This document shows, in pieces, positions 1 through 13,779 of a stretch of 64,000 bases of DNA (positions within the stretch are counted from its first letter, which is position 1; each line of letters opens with the position of its first letter). The DNA comes from the human T2T-CHM13v2.0 reference genome, Homo sapiens. The DNA lies in assembly GCF_009914755.1 (NCBI RefSeq), contig NC_060931.1; one strand, 5' to 3'. Both the position numbers and the translations under genes were made by a program. The notes beneath the pieces were generated by a model, which saw only the letters and a list, made by a program, of their open reading frames with translations, was not told the origin of the DNA and ran no database searches.

Positions 1-617
1 GTGTAAACTGTTCTTCCATTGTGGAAAGCGGTATGGTGATCCCTCAAAGAGCTATAAGCAGAACTACCATATGACCCAGAAATCCCCTTACTGAGTATAT
101 ACCCAGGGGAATACAAATCATTCTATTATAAAGACACATGCATGCATATGCTCATTGCAGCACTATTTACAATAGTAAATACATGGAATCAACCTAAATG
201 CCCATCAATGACAGATTGGATAAAGAAAATGTGATAAAAAACACCATGGAATACTATGAAGCCATAAAAAAGAGTGAGATCATGTCTTTTGTGGGAACAT
301 GGTTGGAGCTGGAGGCTATTATCCTTAGCAAACTAACACAGGAATAGAAAACCAAATGCCACATGTTCTTACTTATCAGTGGGAGCTAAAGGATGAGAAA
401 TCATGAACACAAAGAAGGGGACAACAGACACTGGGGTCTATATGAGGATGGAGAGTAGGAGCAGGTAATGAGCAGAAAAGATAACTATTGAGTACTGGGT
501 TTAATACCTGGGTGATGAAATAATCTGTAACAACAAACCCTGGTGACACAAGTTAACCTATGTAATAAATCTCCACATGTACCCCTGAACCTAAAATAAA
601 AGTTTAGGAAAAAAAAA
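1..617 (+). mobile_element. LINE-1 3' end (old L1PA, about PA15/16), runs off the window start
   Basis: ORF2 C-terminal/3'UTR motifs (gacccagaaatcccctta, cctgggtgatgaaataatctgta, gtacccctgaacctaaaataaaagtt) ending in an A-tail. Confidence 0.9.
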
Positions 618-1055
618 TATATGTCCACACAAAAGTTTGTACATGAATGTTTATAGTGACATTATTCATAATAGCTGACAAATGGAAAGGACCAAAATAT
701 CCATCAAGCATGAATAGATAAATAAAATGTGGTATAAACAATGGAATATTTGGCAATATGAAGAATGAAGATCTGAAACATCCCTCATTATGGACAAACC
801 TTGATAACATTTATTCTACATGAAAGATGCCAGTCACAAAAGACCATATTGTATGATTCCATTTATATGGAATTTCCATAAGTAAATCTATAGAGACAGA
901 AATTAGATTAGTAGCTGCCTCTGGCAGGCAGTAAGGATTCAGGTGAGAGGAGTGACTAACTGGCATGAGCTTTGTGGGGGTCGGGGGGAAGCTGACAAAC
1001 TTGTTTCAAAATTGATGGTAGTAATGGTTGCACGACTATGTGAATATACCAAACC
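618..1055 (+). mobile_element. Old L1M (L1MB/ME-type) 3' fragment
   Basis: atatgtccacacaaaa...catattgtatgattccatttatatg...tgcacgactatgtgaatatac. Confidence 0.75.
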
Positions 1056-1059
1056 AACC

Positions 1060-1545
<486 letters not shown>

Positions 1546-1772
1546 AGTAATTTTTAATAATCTAAAAATTGTAAAGAATTAACATACTCTTGAATACACC
1601 AAGGTACAAAATTCTACTTAAAAGGGTAGGAATAAAAATAAATATTTTTCTAACCAAATCATCTCAATTCAGAATGGTTATTTTCAAAGCTTTTCATTTG
1701 GTTGTTTTTATTAGCTAGTTGAATGTTGCATATTGCTAATATGTTTTTTCTCTCTTGTCTCTCTGAAAACAG

Positions 1773-1867
1773 GATGGAGTGATGACACCTTTGAATTTGT
1801 GCATCTATATGGGATACTGCTTTTAAGTGTCTCCAAGAGTGCCTCATGTCAGGAAATCCAATGCATG
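1773..1867 (+). other. Candidate spliced exon (95 nt), gene unknown
   Basis: Polypyrimidine tract ttttttctctcttgtctctctgaaaacag, then ATG|gtatgg donor; non-repeat sequence. Confidence 0.25.
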
Positions 1868-2949
1868 GTATGGCAACTAGCATGTTTTACTAAAATTTGT
1901 AGGCTGCTTAAGCTTGAGAGAGAAGAGACAATAAATCTGTTGAGTAAAAGACAGTGTAAAAGCGAAGGTATTTCTCATCTCATTGTTTCAAAACAATGAT
2001 TAGGCTTCTCAGTTTTTCCGGTGCCCATCTCAACTTGCAAATCAAATATTTTCCAGAATGACTCTCTTTGCCATACGTCAAAGTCTTCTTGACCCATATA
2101 CTCCCAAATCCCAAATTATTCCAAATACTACTTCCAATAATAACCCTTTGTCCCATAAACTGCCATTTTAAAATGACAATCATTTTGACACAATCATAGC
2201 CAACACTGTATTACTATTCCATCATATGATTTAAAAAATGACTTCAGCTGGTCAGAGAAATTAACAAAATGGAGACGGTATTTTGTGAATTTTTGTGGGA
2301 AAAAGAGAGCATAGACTTCAGTTATGTTATTTTTTTTCTCTTGGCAGAAAAATGTGGCAAGTATGAATGTCCGTTGAACAAGGACATAATTTATTCTACA
2401 GCCTTATCACAACATAAAGTTATGTGGGAACTTCCTGGCTTCCCATCAATTATAAAATACCAGACTAGTCAGTTGACTACATGGAGCAATTATTGACCTA
2501 ATAAATCCAACAAAATTTGCTCTTACATACCAAGAAGACATACCTCCAACAATATATGTAAGTATATATATTTCACCCAGAGATATCTGAGGCCATTTCA
2601 CTGCCTCATTTTGTAAGATTCTAAGGATATGAGAATAAATTAATTTACACTTAATAGTTCTTCTTTAAAAATAAAATATAGTAAACTGAATTTTCAACTA
2701 AACATTTCAAATGTCTCACTTCCTGTATAAATGTCATCATAATGTACTAAATATTATACTGAATATTTAAAGGCTAATAATAAAGATTTCTAATAATGTT
2801 ATTAAAAAGGTAAATTAATTTCTAAGTCATTCATATAAATCAATAAATAAAACATCTGTTTGAGTCCACAGGTAAAAAACTCATCCCAGGATACAACCCT
2901 GAAATTCAGAGTTACTGTTTCTGATTTCATAACAAAATGAAGGCAACTC

Positions 2950-3243
2950 GGCTGGGCAAGGTGACTCATACCTGTAATCCCAGCACTTTGGGAGGCCGGG
3001 GTGCGTGTATCACCTGAGGTTAAGGGTTCGAGACCAGCCTGGCCAACACGGCGAAATGTTGTCTCTACTAAAAATACAAAAATTAGCCAGGGTTGGTGGC
3101 ACATGCCTCTAATCCCAGCTACACAGGAGGCTGAGGCAGGAGAATCGCTGGAATCCAGGAGGTAGAGTTTGCAGTAAGCCGAGATCACGCCACTGCACAC
3201 CAGCCTGGGTGACAGAGTGAGACTCCCATCCCAAAAAAATAAA
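2950..3243 (+). mobile_element. AluS
   Basis: Full dimer; perfect 16-bp TSD aaaatgaaggcaactc (2934-2949 / 3244-3259). Confidence 0.95.
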
Positions 3244-3392
3244 AAAATGAAGGCAACTCATAGTGTCACAATTTACATGCTGTTTTAATATCTTATTGAA
3301 TTTCACCATTTACATTGACTTCTTCAGTAACTGTGTGACATTTTTCTGGTCAAATTACGGACTGAAATAAAAATTTAAAAACAGAACTGTCA

Positions 3393-4062
3393 TGTGGTAA
3401 TGTTTCCCAAAATGATCACAATACCTCCTGTCCTGCTTGCTTGCAGTGTGATCTTGCCATCTTCCCATTAAGAAAGAAAAACGATTTTCTCCACCTTTGA
3501 AACTGGATGAGCACTGTGTCTGCTTTGACCAATGAAACGAGGCAGAAGTGACATTCTGGGAACTCCAAGCCCAGGTCTAAAACATACCTGGCAGTTTCCA
3601 TTTCCTGTCGCTTGCAAGACTAGCCCTAGGACCCTCTGCCTCAGGATTCAGCCACCGTGCTATGAGATGACCAAGTCACGTGAAGAGGGCAGGTGTTGGC
3701 ATGTCTCAAAATCCCCAGTTGAACTCTAGCTGACAGCTGTCAGCATATGCCGGAATGAGAGTGAGCCACCTGAAAACCCAGCCCAGTCAAACCTTTAGAG
3801 ACTTCAGCTCCAGTTCCAGCTAACTGAAACCCAGGAGATATTAAATGAAAACCATCCAGCTAAGCTCTCTCACCCAGAGAATTGTGAGAGATAATCATTC
3901 AAATTAATCAATAAGTAAAACATCTGTTTGGAGTCTGCAGGTAAAAACAAATCCCAAGATATAACTCTGAAACTCAGAGTTACTGCCTCTGATTTCATAA
4001 GTGCTGTTTTAAGTCATTCAATTTTGAAGTAATTTATTAAACAACAATATATAACCAGAACA
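3393..4062 (+). mobile_element. MLT1-family (ERVL-MaLR) solo LTR, interrupted at 3895-4000
   Basis: TG...CA ends; MLT1 3' terminus tgctgttttaagtca...tataaccagaaca. Confidence 0.7.
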
Positions 4063-4219
4063 TAATGTAACTGTCACTTTACTCTTCATCTAACATACGT
4101 TTTTTACTCCACCTGCTGGGTTGGGAGCGGGTAAAGTCAACGAGGAAATTACAGCATGACCTAGATATTGGAGAATAGGATATTTCATGTTTATTATTGT
4201 TCTTAAAGCTGGATCCAAA

Positions 4220-4945
4220 CGGGACACAATTTCATACCCATAAGATTGGCAATCTGACAATAACAAAAACTAGAAACCATGTGGATCAATAAGAACTCTT
4301 CTATGCTGGCAGTGAGAATGTGAACAAGTACAAAAACTTTGGAAAGAAATATGGTGATAGCTGGTGGAGTTGAAGACACAATCCAAAAATCTCATTCCTA
4401 GGCATGTACTCTAGAGAAATTCTTACAGATGAATACAAAAAAAATGCACAAAAATGTCTTTAATAGCATCATTTGTAAAAGTTAAAAATTAGAGATACCT
4501 TCAAAGTCTATCAAGAAGAGAACAGATTAATAAGTTATAGTGTATTTAAATGTTATACAAAAATGAAATAAACTAAAGCTATATCAGCAAGAATGCATCT
4601 AACAAATAAAATGCAGAGGGAGAAAAGGGTACATTTCAGAAAAATATACATCATATCATAAGAGTTACCAACAAAGCAAAAGAATATATTCTGTTTCAGG
4701 GAATCATATATTAATCTAATTATGATATAAAAGAAGGCATAGAAATAAACATCAAATTCAGTACCTTGCTGACAGGAGAGACAGGGAAATGGAAGGCACA
4801 GGGAAGGAGGGGATATGGTCAGAGAAGGCTATAGAAAGAACCTAAAACTGTATTTGCAATCTCTTCTTTCTTAGCTTAATTAGGGGTACACATGAATTTT
4901 TATGTTACATTTTTTACTTTTCTATATGCCTAAACTATTTTATAT
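4220..4945 (+). mobile_element. L1ME-type 3' fragment
   Basis: Degenerate L1M motifs (ttcatacccataagattggcaa, tcattcctaggcatgtactctagagaaattct). Confidence 0.6.
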
Positions 4946-5009
4946 TTTTAAATGAAGAAAGGAGGTGTGTTAAATAGAATATGGTACTTAAAAAGACTTA
5001 ATGATTAAA

Positions 5010-5895
5010 CGACAAAATAGGAAAATAACTCACAATCAATAAGAAAAAGACAAATAACCCACTGGGAAAAAAACAGCAGAGAAAAAGATATTTCACCATA
5101 AAGAAAAGTGGACGTCCATCATTTGAAAAGGTACTCAGCATAATTAAAAATTATAGGGCACAAATTTACCTCAATGATGTAATATTTAAATTACTAGATT
5201 GACAAAAGTTAATGTTGAATCATATTAGGCTTGTCAAGGATAGGTGATAAACTGGTACGAATATTTTGTAAAATGATGGACCTCATCATTTGAACATTCA
5301 CATACCTTATGCCCAAGGCACTTGACTCTGAGCTGTATGATCTGGAGAATCTTTTGCTTATGAACCCCTGGTGAAATTTATAAAAATGTTCATAGCAACA
5401 TTGTTTATAATAGCAGAATCCTGGAAACAACTGCAATGTTCTTAGACAAGAGTGTGATACATGCATTGTCATATATTCTGCAATAAAATATTATATAGCA
5501 GTGAAAGAGGAGAAACTACTTCTGCATAAATCATAAATGGATAATTCTGAATGAAAAACCAAGTATTAGAAGAATATATGTGTGTGTGTTTGTGTGTGTG
5601 TGTGATTAAGGTCAAAATAAGCAGAACTAAACAACATATTGTTTATGGATAGATAGATGTGATTTTAAACTTAAAAACTGGAAATTAAGAACACAAAATT
5701 CAGGGAAGTTGTTACTCTCCATGGAGATAGAAAGGCATGTAGATGAGATCAGGGAAGAAAGCACAAACGAGATCAAAGGTTTTAAGTGGTCTAATTTTTG
5801 TTGGGCATACGTTTGTATGTGTTGATTATTATGCTTCATAACTGACATATGCGTTACATATTCTTATATCTTAAATATTACATAGTTTTAAAATA
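5010..5895 (+). mobile_element. L1ME-type 3' fragment containing a (TG)n at about 5579-5604
   Basis: aatcaataagaaaaagacaaataaccca, aatgttcatagcaacattgtttataatagca. Confidence 0.6.
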
Positions 5896-6600
5896 AATTA
5901 TTAGAGTCTTTTCTAAGGAAATTATAGCAGGGAATCAGGGATGGAAGTAAGATAAAGACTTAAGAAAATATCTAAGGGTGAAATTTCTAGACTTAGCTAT
6001 TTATCATCTATGATTAGTGAAGGAGAAGGTGAAATATGGTATTATGAATGTTGGGTCTGGATAGCTAGTGTTACTATTAAGATAGAACATGAAGAATTTT
6101 TAATATTAGGCCGGTTAGTTGACCAAGATTTGGCTCAAGGTGAGAGGTGTTGGAAGGGAATATACATATTCCCTTTTATGCCTATTACATTTAAGGTGCC
6201 TGTGGAATATTTAAGTAGATATGCCTGGCAGTCAAGCTGAGACAGGACCCTAAAACTCAGCCAATGGTCCAGTGATAAGCATACGTATACAAACACCATC
6301 TGTATATGGAGGTATTTAAATCATTATAATTTACAGAAAACACATAGACAAGTACTGAGAAGAATTGGTCAGATCATGAGGCACGATCACAGTGGGAATA
6401 ATCATAGAATGGACGGTTCAAGTGGATAACCTAAAATGCGTTTGGAAGCACTATGTGTCCAATCAGCAAACGTTTGCTCTTCCCAGAACAGAGGTTTACT
6501 TGTAAACTATCATACCCACTCTTAACCAAAGGATTGAAAATAGTCTTTTTGCCATTTTGAAAGTATTCATACTCAAGTAAGCCACTTTATCAGCAAAGTA

Positions 6601-6670
6601 TTAGGTTGGTGCAAAAGTAATTGTGGTTTTTGCCATTGAAAGAAAAAAAAATACTTCAGCACCAACCTAA
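6601..6670. mobile_element. MADE1 (Hsmar1-derived MITE), right arm partly deleted
   Basis: TIRs ttaggttggtgc / gcaccaacctaa flanked by TA on both sides. Confidence 0.9.
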
Positions 6671-7340
6671 TACTTTCCAGATTCTAAAAGGAAACAAGAA
6701 GATCATTAAGAGGATTTAGATCATTAAGAGCATTTTAATTCAGGCTGTGCAGACATATAGTTTCAGTCCTTGTTCTGCTTTTCATCTCTCCTACTCCATA
6801 CTGTATTCATCTTAGCTTGAATTGTTTAGGATATCCAACTTCTGCTGGTGAGCCCTCTAACAGTGATCTGATCAATTATGCTAGCCGATTTTCTCTTTGT
6901 TGCATTGCTCCAGCACATAAATGTAATATATATGTTTTTCTTCTCACAAGTTTACCACTTAGGTTTCTGGTTTCAACTCTCTGAGTTCGTCTATTCTAAC
7001 ATGGTCACTCTTTCAGCTTCTCTCCCCTCCCCATATCCCATCAGATCCATTATGAGAAGTCAGAGTGGGAAAGGGCCTTGATATTTTAGAAGTCACAGTG
7101 AGACACAAGATCCACAGGAAAACCAGATCTGAAAATATTCAAATCTTTAAGTGCTAGAAAGAAGACAGGTCCCAGGCACATTTGGGTTCACAAACAACAC
7201 TAAGAGTAGGGAAGAAGGACATGAAAAGAAAGCTGCATGCAAAAAGATGATGAGAGAAACATCAAAGATAAATTTTGCTTAATTGACCATGCTTGGTCAC
7301 ATCTTATATTGTAAATAAGGTATCCATCATCAGTTATAAA

Positions 7341-7645
7341 GCATAGTGTAGTGGCTCACTCCTGTCTGTAATTCCAGCACTTTGGGAAGCCGAGGAAGGA
7401 TAACAACTTGAGCCTAGGAGTTTGAGATCACCCTGGGCAACACAGAGAGAACTTGTCTCTACAAAATAACACAAAAACAAAATTAATTAGCCAGGCATGT
7501 TGACACATGTCTGTGGTTCCAGCTACTTGGAAGGCTGACTTGGAAGGATTGCTTGAGCCGAGAGATCAAGACTTCAGTGAGTCCAGATGACACCAGCCTA
7601 GGTGACAGAGCAAGACCCTGTCTCAAATAAATAAATAAAAATAAA
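7341..7645 (+). mobile_element. AluJ
   Basis: Diverged dimer with ggattgcttgagcc and a (taaa)n tail. Confidence 0.85.
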
Positions 7646-8575
7646 TTTTTAAAAAATATAAATAAAAAATCCTAATGCATTTGACTTAAATATCTCCTTG
7701 CACAATCTTAGTTTCCATATTTCTACATATATTTTAAACTGAGCTCCTTGAAGGTAAAAAGAGGAAGAGGTAAAGTCTCCAACAACTATGTTTCCCCAGC
7801 ATTTGGTATAATTCTGGCATATAAGAGACATGGAATGAATAAACAAATAGGAGAATAAGAGCAACAAATATTCACATGGTGGTTACTGTGTGTCAGGTGT
7901 TCTTCTAAATATGTAACATAAATTAACTCATGTTAATTATTTACCTTAAAATTAAAAAGTAACTTTTCTACAAATTAATAATGAAAATTAGGGGTTAATT
8001 TTATTTTGGCCTTTCACCATAGCCTAGATATTTTCTGGAGACTCAAAGAAATAATGGCAACATTTGTAATATCCTGAAAAAGATTAAAATTGAGTGCTTA
8101 TAAATTGCCGTATTTCTATATATTGCCATAATCTCCTCAGGTTTCTACCTGACCCCCAACGTCACATTCTTTTTCTTGGAATTGGTTACCATTTCACAAG
8201 AGTGATTCATACTTGTACAGTACCTCAATGTTCTAGCTACAGGCAATTGGATCAGAGATGTCACCAAATGCATGTTGGACAAGTTAGATAGTTTTGGGCT
8301 AGAATTGAGAACCAGGGAGCAGTCCTGTGTATAACTGGAACTGAAACATACAAATTCAGGAGGCTGTGGGTTAGTAATAATCTGCCCTGTTAATAAAAAA
8401 AAAAGTGGAGAAAGCCAACAGAGAAAGAGAAAGAGGTGGAGGGAAAAGGAAAAGGAAGAAGGGGAAGGGAGAATAGCTTTTTCCAAAGATATTCAACCAG
8501 AGAACCCTCTCAAAATTATAATGTGTTGATTAAACATCAGTTGGAGTACATACACATGCATCATGTGTCAAATAG

Positions 8576-8894
<319 letters not shown>

Positions 8895-11639
8895 TAAACA
8901 GAATTTTAAAAGTCACCATCATTCTGAGGAAACAGTTCAAGAAAAGTTGACAAAGGCAGAGGATGACCAGTAGAATATGATTATTTCTTATTATCATCAA
9001 ACTATGGAGGGTTTTGAGTATTGGAAAGGCATATGGAAACTGATAAAATATTGAAAGTAGGGACTTGGAAATATGGCAGAGTAGATATCTATGAACTTGA
9101 TTTTTGTAATAGATTATAATAATTAGCATCATTGAATACAAAAATATGAGAAAAAATATTATAGACACAAAAGACTGCCATGTATAAGATCATATGCATC
9201 AGTGTTTTCCACTACTAAAATTATGTTTTTAATTAATCACAGAAATAAGAAAATGTGAAATAATAATTGCACTGGTGAAACAAAATAGTGCATCAATATA
9301 CCTTTATGTCTCTTTCACTGGACCTCTTTGAAATGAGCAGAGTAAATGAGTAAATAGCAAATGCAACAAAGAAAAAATGATTAAATATCTAAGAATTTTT
9401 AAACAAAGTAAAAATGTAGGGACAATGTATTGAGTTACAAAGAACTACAGCAGAAGTTACGTTTAAAAATAGATTCTAAACTTAGTCACATGACCATGTC
9501 AAGTTATAGGAGCAGCATTGATGCTTGAGAATCTCTGGGAAACAGGACTGCCTGATGCAGGTGATAGATTAAGTGGCTGAAGTTTACCATAATGCAAAAA
9601 AATAAAATTTATGTCTTTATATTTGCTCTATTGAAAGTGTGTTTATTATGATATATCTGCTAATATTTTAGATATTCAATACTTTATGACATATAGATTC
9701 ACTACAATTGTATTTCATAATTAAGCACTTTAAAAATATTAAGTAAAAATCAGCAGTCATATTTGCATCTGCAAAGAATCATTAAAATTGTTTCATCCTT
9801 CTTGCCTAATTCCATTTCACCTTATATAATTTAACTGTTATATAAAGTTCATCTTTCAAAAATAAAATTAATAAAAATTAAAACTGAGTTCAAATTTTCA
9901 AAAAACATTTTTTAATTTAAAAACCTACAAAATCTATAGAGCTTTCATCATCAAAAGTTGGCAATTGCTTAACCTGTAAGGTATGTATAAGTTCACAATT
10001 ATTAACTGAAATCTACCTGTACTCTCTTTTGCATTTTTGTAGTTATTTCCTAATGAGCCATCATGGATCCACCATGAAAAAAAGATCTTAAAAGAATAAA
10101 GTTGTAAATGTATTGAAATTGTATGTTGGTGTTGAATGTGATATAATCAATCATATAGTTCATTTACATAGGAAGATGAAATTATAAATTTCCTGATCTG
10201 TTAGTGCTGTAGAAAAGAAACAAGCTACAAGAAATAAAGGTGGTTGACAAATATAAATAAATTATTTAGAATTTGGACTGTAAGAATTGTGATGAGAATA
10301 AACATATTCTCTCCTGAATTTAGGTTTGAAGATGATTAAAAACTGTAGTTTGAGCTCCTCCTATTTCAAATGTCCCTTTTAAACATGCATACAAAACAAT
10401 TTTTTGAGAAATGCTTCTAAATTTTAGTTGGAAAGTGGAAGAATTCAAGAATCCCAAAAACTTATGTGCATGTAACAGAGAATGAAAATGGCAGAGTCAA
10501 GGAAAATCTTGTAGTGCTGTTTTAATTGCAAAGGTCGGAGCTGGTAAAGTAATTGACAAGCCATTTTTCAATCCTACTGCCACAGAAATGGAGAGAGTGG
10601 ATTGTGAGAGAAAGAAATGGAATGTCATTAAAAGGTGTGCTTTCCCAGACTTCATTTTTGCCCTGGAACATTGCTTATTCTCACTGTTGAACTTGACCTC
10701 CATTACTTCAAGGGAGAACAAAGAGCTAAGTTATCACATTTTTGTCGTTTTTAGTTAAATAAGCTGTCTAAAAAGAACTTTTTCAGTAGCATCTATCGTA
10801 TCCTCCACCCTCTGACTACCACCACAATGCTTATATACTTCTAATCAGAGAAGGAAAGAAAAACAATGTTCATTTATCCATGTCCTCTGCCCTCTCAAGT
10901 AGAGTACTAGACTTGGAGATGAGGTGACTTTAAAAGAAAAAAAAAATCTAAGATTAAGTATGTAAGAGAAAAAGATTTGTTCCCTGCTCATTTTCAGAAG
11001 CCCTGGAGTAAAGTAAATCTCTATTAGTTCTCTTAGTCTCCAGGGCACAGGAGAAGGTAAATAAAGAGATCTAAAGAATAAGGTATAGGCAGAGACTCCA
11101 TGCTCACTTATCTATGTTTCCCTGACCTCAAGCACTGAATGTGGCACAGAGTGTACTTCCAACAAATGCTTCTCCAATTACAGTATGAAGAAACAAAGTA
11201 AACCAAGTGGTTGGAGAAAAGTCTAAACTTAAGTAAAGATATAGGTGAATATTAGGATACAATCCTAAAGAACAGAGAAATATAATCATAATGCTAATAA
11301 AATATAAAGAAACAAGACTATTAAATCCTTGAGAGAAGATATGACTCCCTGTATCTTAATTGTCAGGCACCATGCTTGCCACATTATTAATATTTAATAA
11401 GCATTTGTTGAATGCAAAAAAGAATGTCTGGATGAACAAATAAATAAAATTCAAAAGAATCATCCCCGCAACTTGTTTCTCTATCAAGGTGACTACTTCC
11501 CAATACAGAATACAAAAGGTTTACTTTCTGGAGATGTTAAAGACCCAAAACTGGGTCTTTTGAGGGTGAGGCTGAGCGTGGGGCTGATTTGCCATACCAA
11601 AAACGGGATGAAATGCCAGAACACTAGAGGTAAATGAAA

Positions 11640-12920
11640 ATGTTAGACTTTGCTTTCAGAGAGAAAATAAGAAGTCAAATATGAAGGGTAGGAATATAAA
11701 TATGTCAGACATCTCAGCCAGGCATGGTGCCTCATGTCTGTAATCTTGGCATTTTGGGAGGCCGAGGTGGGGCGATCACTTGAATTCAAGAGTTCAAGAC
11801 CCACCTGGCCAACATGGTGAAACCCCGTCTCTCCTAAAAATACAAATACTAGCCGGTTGTGATGGTGCGTGCCTGTAATTCCAGCTACTCAGGAGGTTGA
11901 GACAGGAGAGTTGCTTGAACCCGAGAGGCGGAGGTTGCAATGAGCCAAGATTGTGCCACTGCACTCCAGCCTGGGCGACAGAGCAAGACTCCATGTTAAA
12001 AAAAAAAAAAAAAAAAAAAAAGGAACAAAAAAAGATATATGTCAGACTTCTCAATAATAATACCGGAAACAAGAACCCAAAGAAGCCATTGTTGTTTTTT
12101 TAAATTCTGAAGGAATATTGCTTCAATATAGCAATACATATAAAGCCAAACTATTGCTCAAGTGTAATGGCTAACTTAAAAGTACGCAAGGTCTCAAAAC
12201 TTTTATGTCTTGTATGCTCTTTTATAGGAAACTGCAGAAGGCAGAAAGTCAAGAAAGAGACATGGAATTCAATGCAAAAGAGAGGTAAAGGGGACTCTGG
12301 GGGGCAAACATGCAGCAGGACTGGTGAGTAGTACAGATTAGACCAGCAGCCCAGAGGGTCCCACAAGGGATGCCACCAGGTGAAGGAAAAAATTATCTGG
12401 TGGCTGTAGTAGTATTAACAAGAGGTTTATAGCTCCAGGTGATTTGAAAACATATTAGTAACAAATGTATGCAAAACTAAATGAACAACAAAATAGGAGA
12501 ACTATAAGTCACACAAGAATTTCATCAACTATGAGCAAGATTTATATAGCTATGATAATGAAAACATCAACTACTAATTCTAACCAAGAAATTGTGTTGT
12601 AATAATATTTGAGAGGTAGGGTGGAGAGGAAATATGTATTGGTGGGTGTGGTAAATGTATAAGATAGATAATATCATAATAGCAAGTCAATAATATCTAA
12701 ATGTAAAATATTTTCATTAACTGTCTTAGCATGTTCTTCAGAAATATGGAAGAAATAGCTGATGAATAGTTAAGATGGTTGAAAGTGGATGCCTCTGAAA
12801 AAATAGAATTGGTAGAGGGTAGGAGTGAGCCTAGGGCTGCTGTTCTTGGTTGTAAGCCTCATTGTAATATTTCATTTCAAAAATATATACATGAATTAAT
12901 TTTATAAAATAAAAACTAAG
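11640..12920 (+). mobile_element. HAL1/L1M ORF1-like relic, interrupted by an Alu
   Basis: gtcagacttctcaa...aaattctgaagg...gccaaactatt...gcaaggtctcaaaa...caagaaagagacatgg pattern. Confidence 0.55.
11716..12034 (+). mobile_element. AluS
   Basis: Full dimer, long A tail, TSD atatgtcagac(a/t)tctc. Confidence 0.93.
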
Positions 12921-13029
12921 TTTAAAACTACCTCATTGAAAGAAAAATATATAAATAAATATAACTATATAGCTGGTTCCCACATGGGAGGAGCAAGTAA
13001 AGATAACAGATCTCAAATTAAGAAAATAT

Positions 13030-13504
13030 AAAAGTGGCCTAAAAGATAGAAAATAATTATCCTTACTAGTAATCAAATGAGCATTAAAACTGTAAAACAT
13101 CAATTTCACCTATAAAATTAGCAAAGATTACAAAAACTCAGTGATGGCCACAGTTCAGGAATATAGGAACATAGAGGCACAGCTTAAAATTGTGCAGCAT
13201 ATTCTCCAGGTAATTCTATGTCTAGGAATCTATCTGGGGGAACTTATCACAGGTGTATATACAGATTTACATAATAAATTTGTGGAAAAATTATCTTTAT
13301 TAGGGACAAACTGAAACAAATAAAAATGCAAGAATATGATTAAATTAGCCATAGCCTGCCTCTATGGTGAAATTTATACATTAATTAAATTAGCCTTTTT
13401 TTCAAAAGTTGTTACAGTTTTAGGGAAATGCTTATAATAAATATTAAATAATAATCTCAAGGTAAAAGTTGCACATATAGTTAGCTATACCCAGCATACA
13501 CACA

Positions 13505-13544
<40 letters not shown>

Positions 13545-13700
13545 AAGAAATCTAGATGAAATAGAGCAAAATGTTAACAGATACAATCTCTAAAACTGTA
13601 GGATTTGGGGGTTACTTGGTGGTTTCTTCTTTATCCTGTTTAGCATTCTTAGGATTTCTATAACTGAGGTATATGACCTCTAAAATTAGACCTAAATATG
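13030..13700 (+). mobile_element. L1ME-type 3' fragment
   Basis: ccttactagtaatcaaa, ttcacctataaaattagcaaagatt, tctaggaatctatc. Confidence 0.55.
13498..13543. repeat. Compound (CA)n(GA)n microsatellite
   Basis: Seen directly. Confidence 0.95.
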
Positions 13701-13779
13701 CATTATGTTTTTCTTTTTATGAAAAATATTTATGCTTTGTTTTTAACCAGGATAGTTTCCATTTGGAAATCCGTGGATG

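Noticed and set aside
10497-10721. Minus-strand 74-aa ORF in unique sequence
   Set aside because: No recognisable homology and no convincing splice sites
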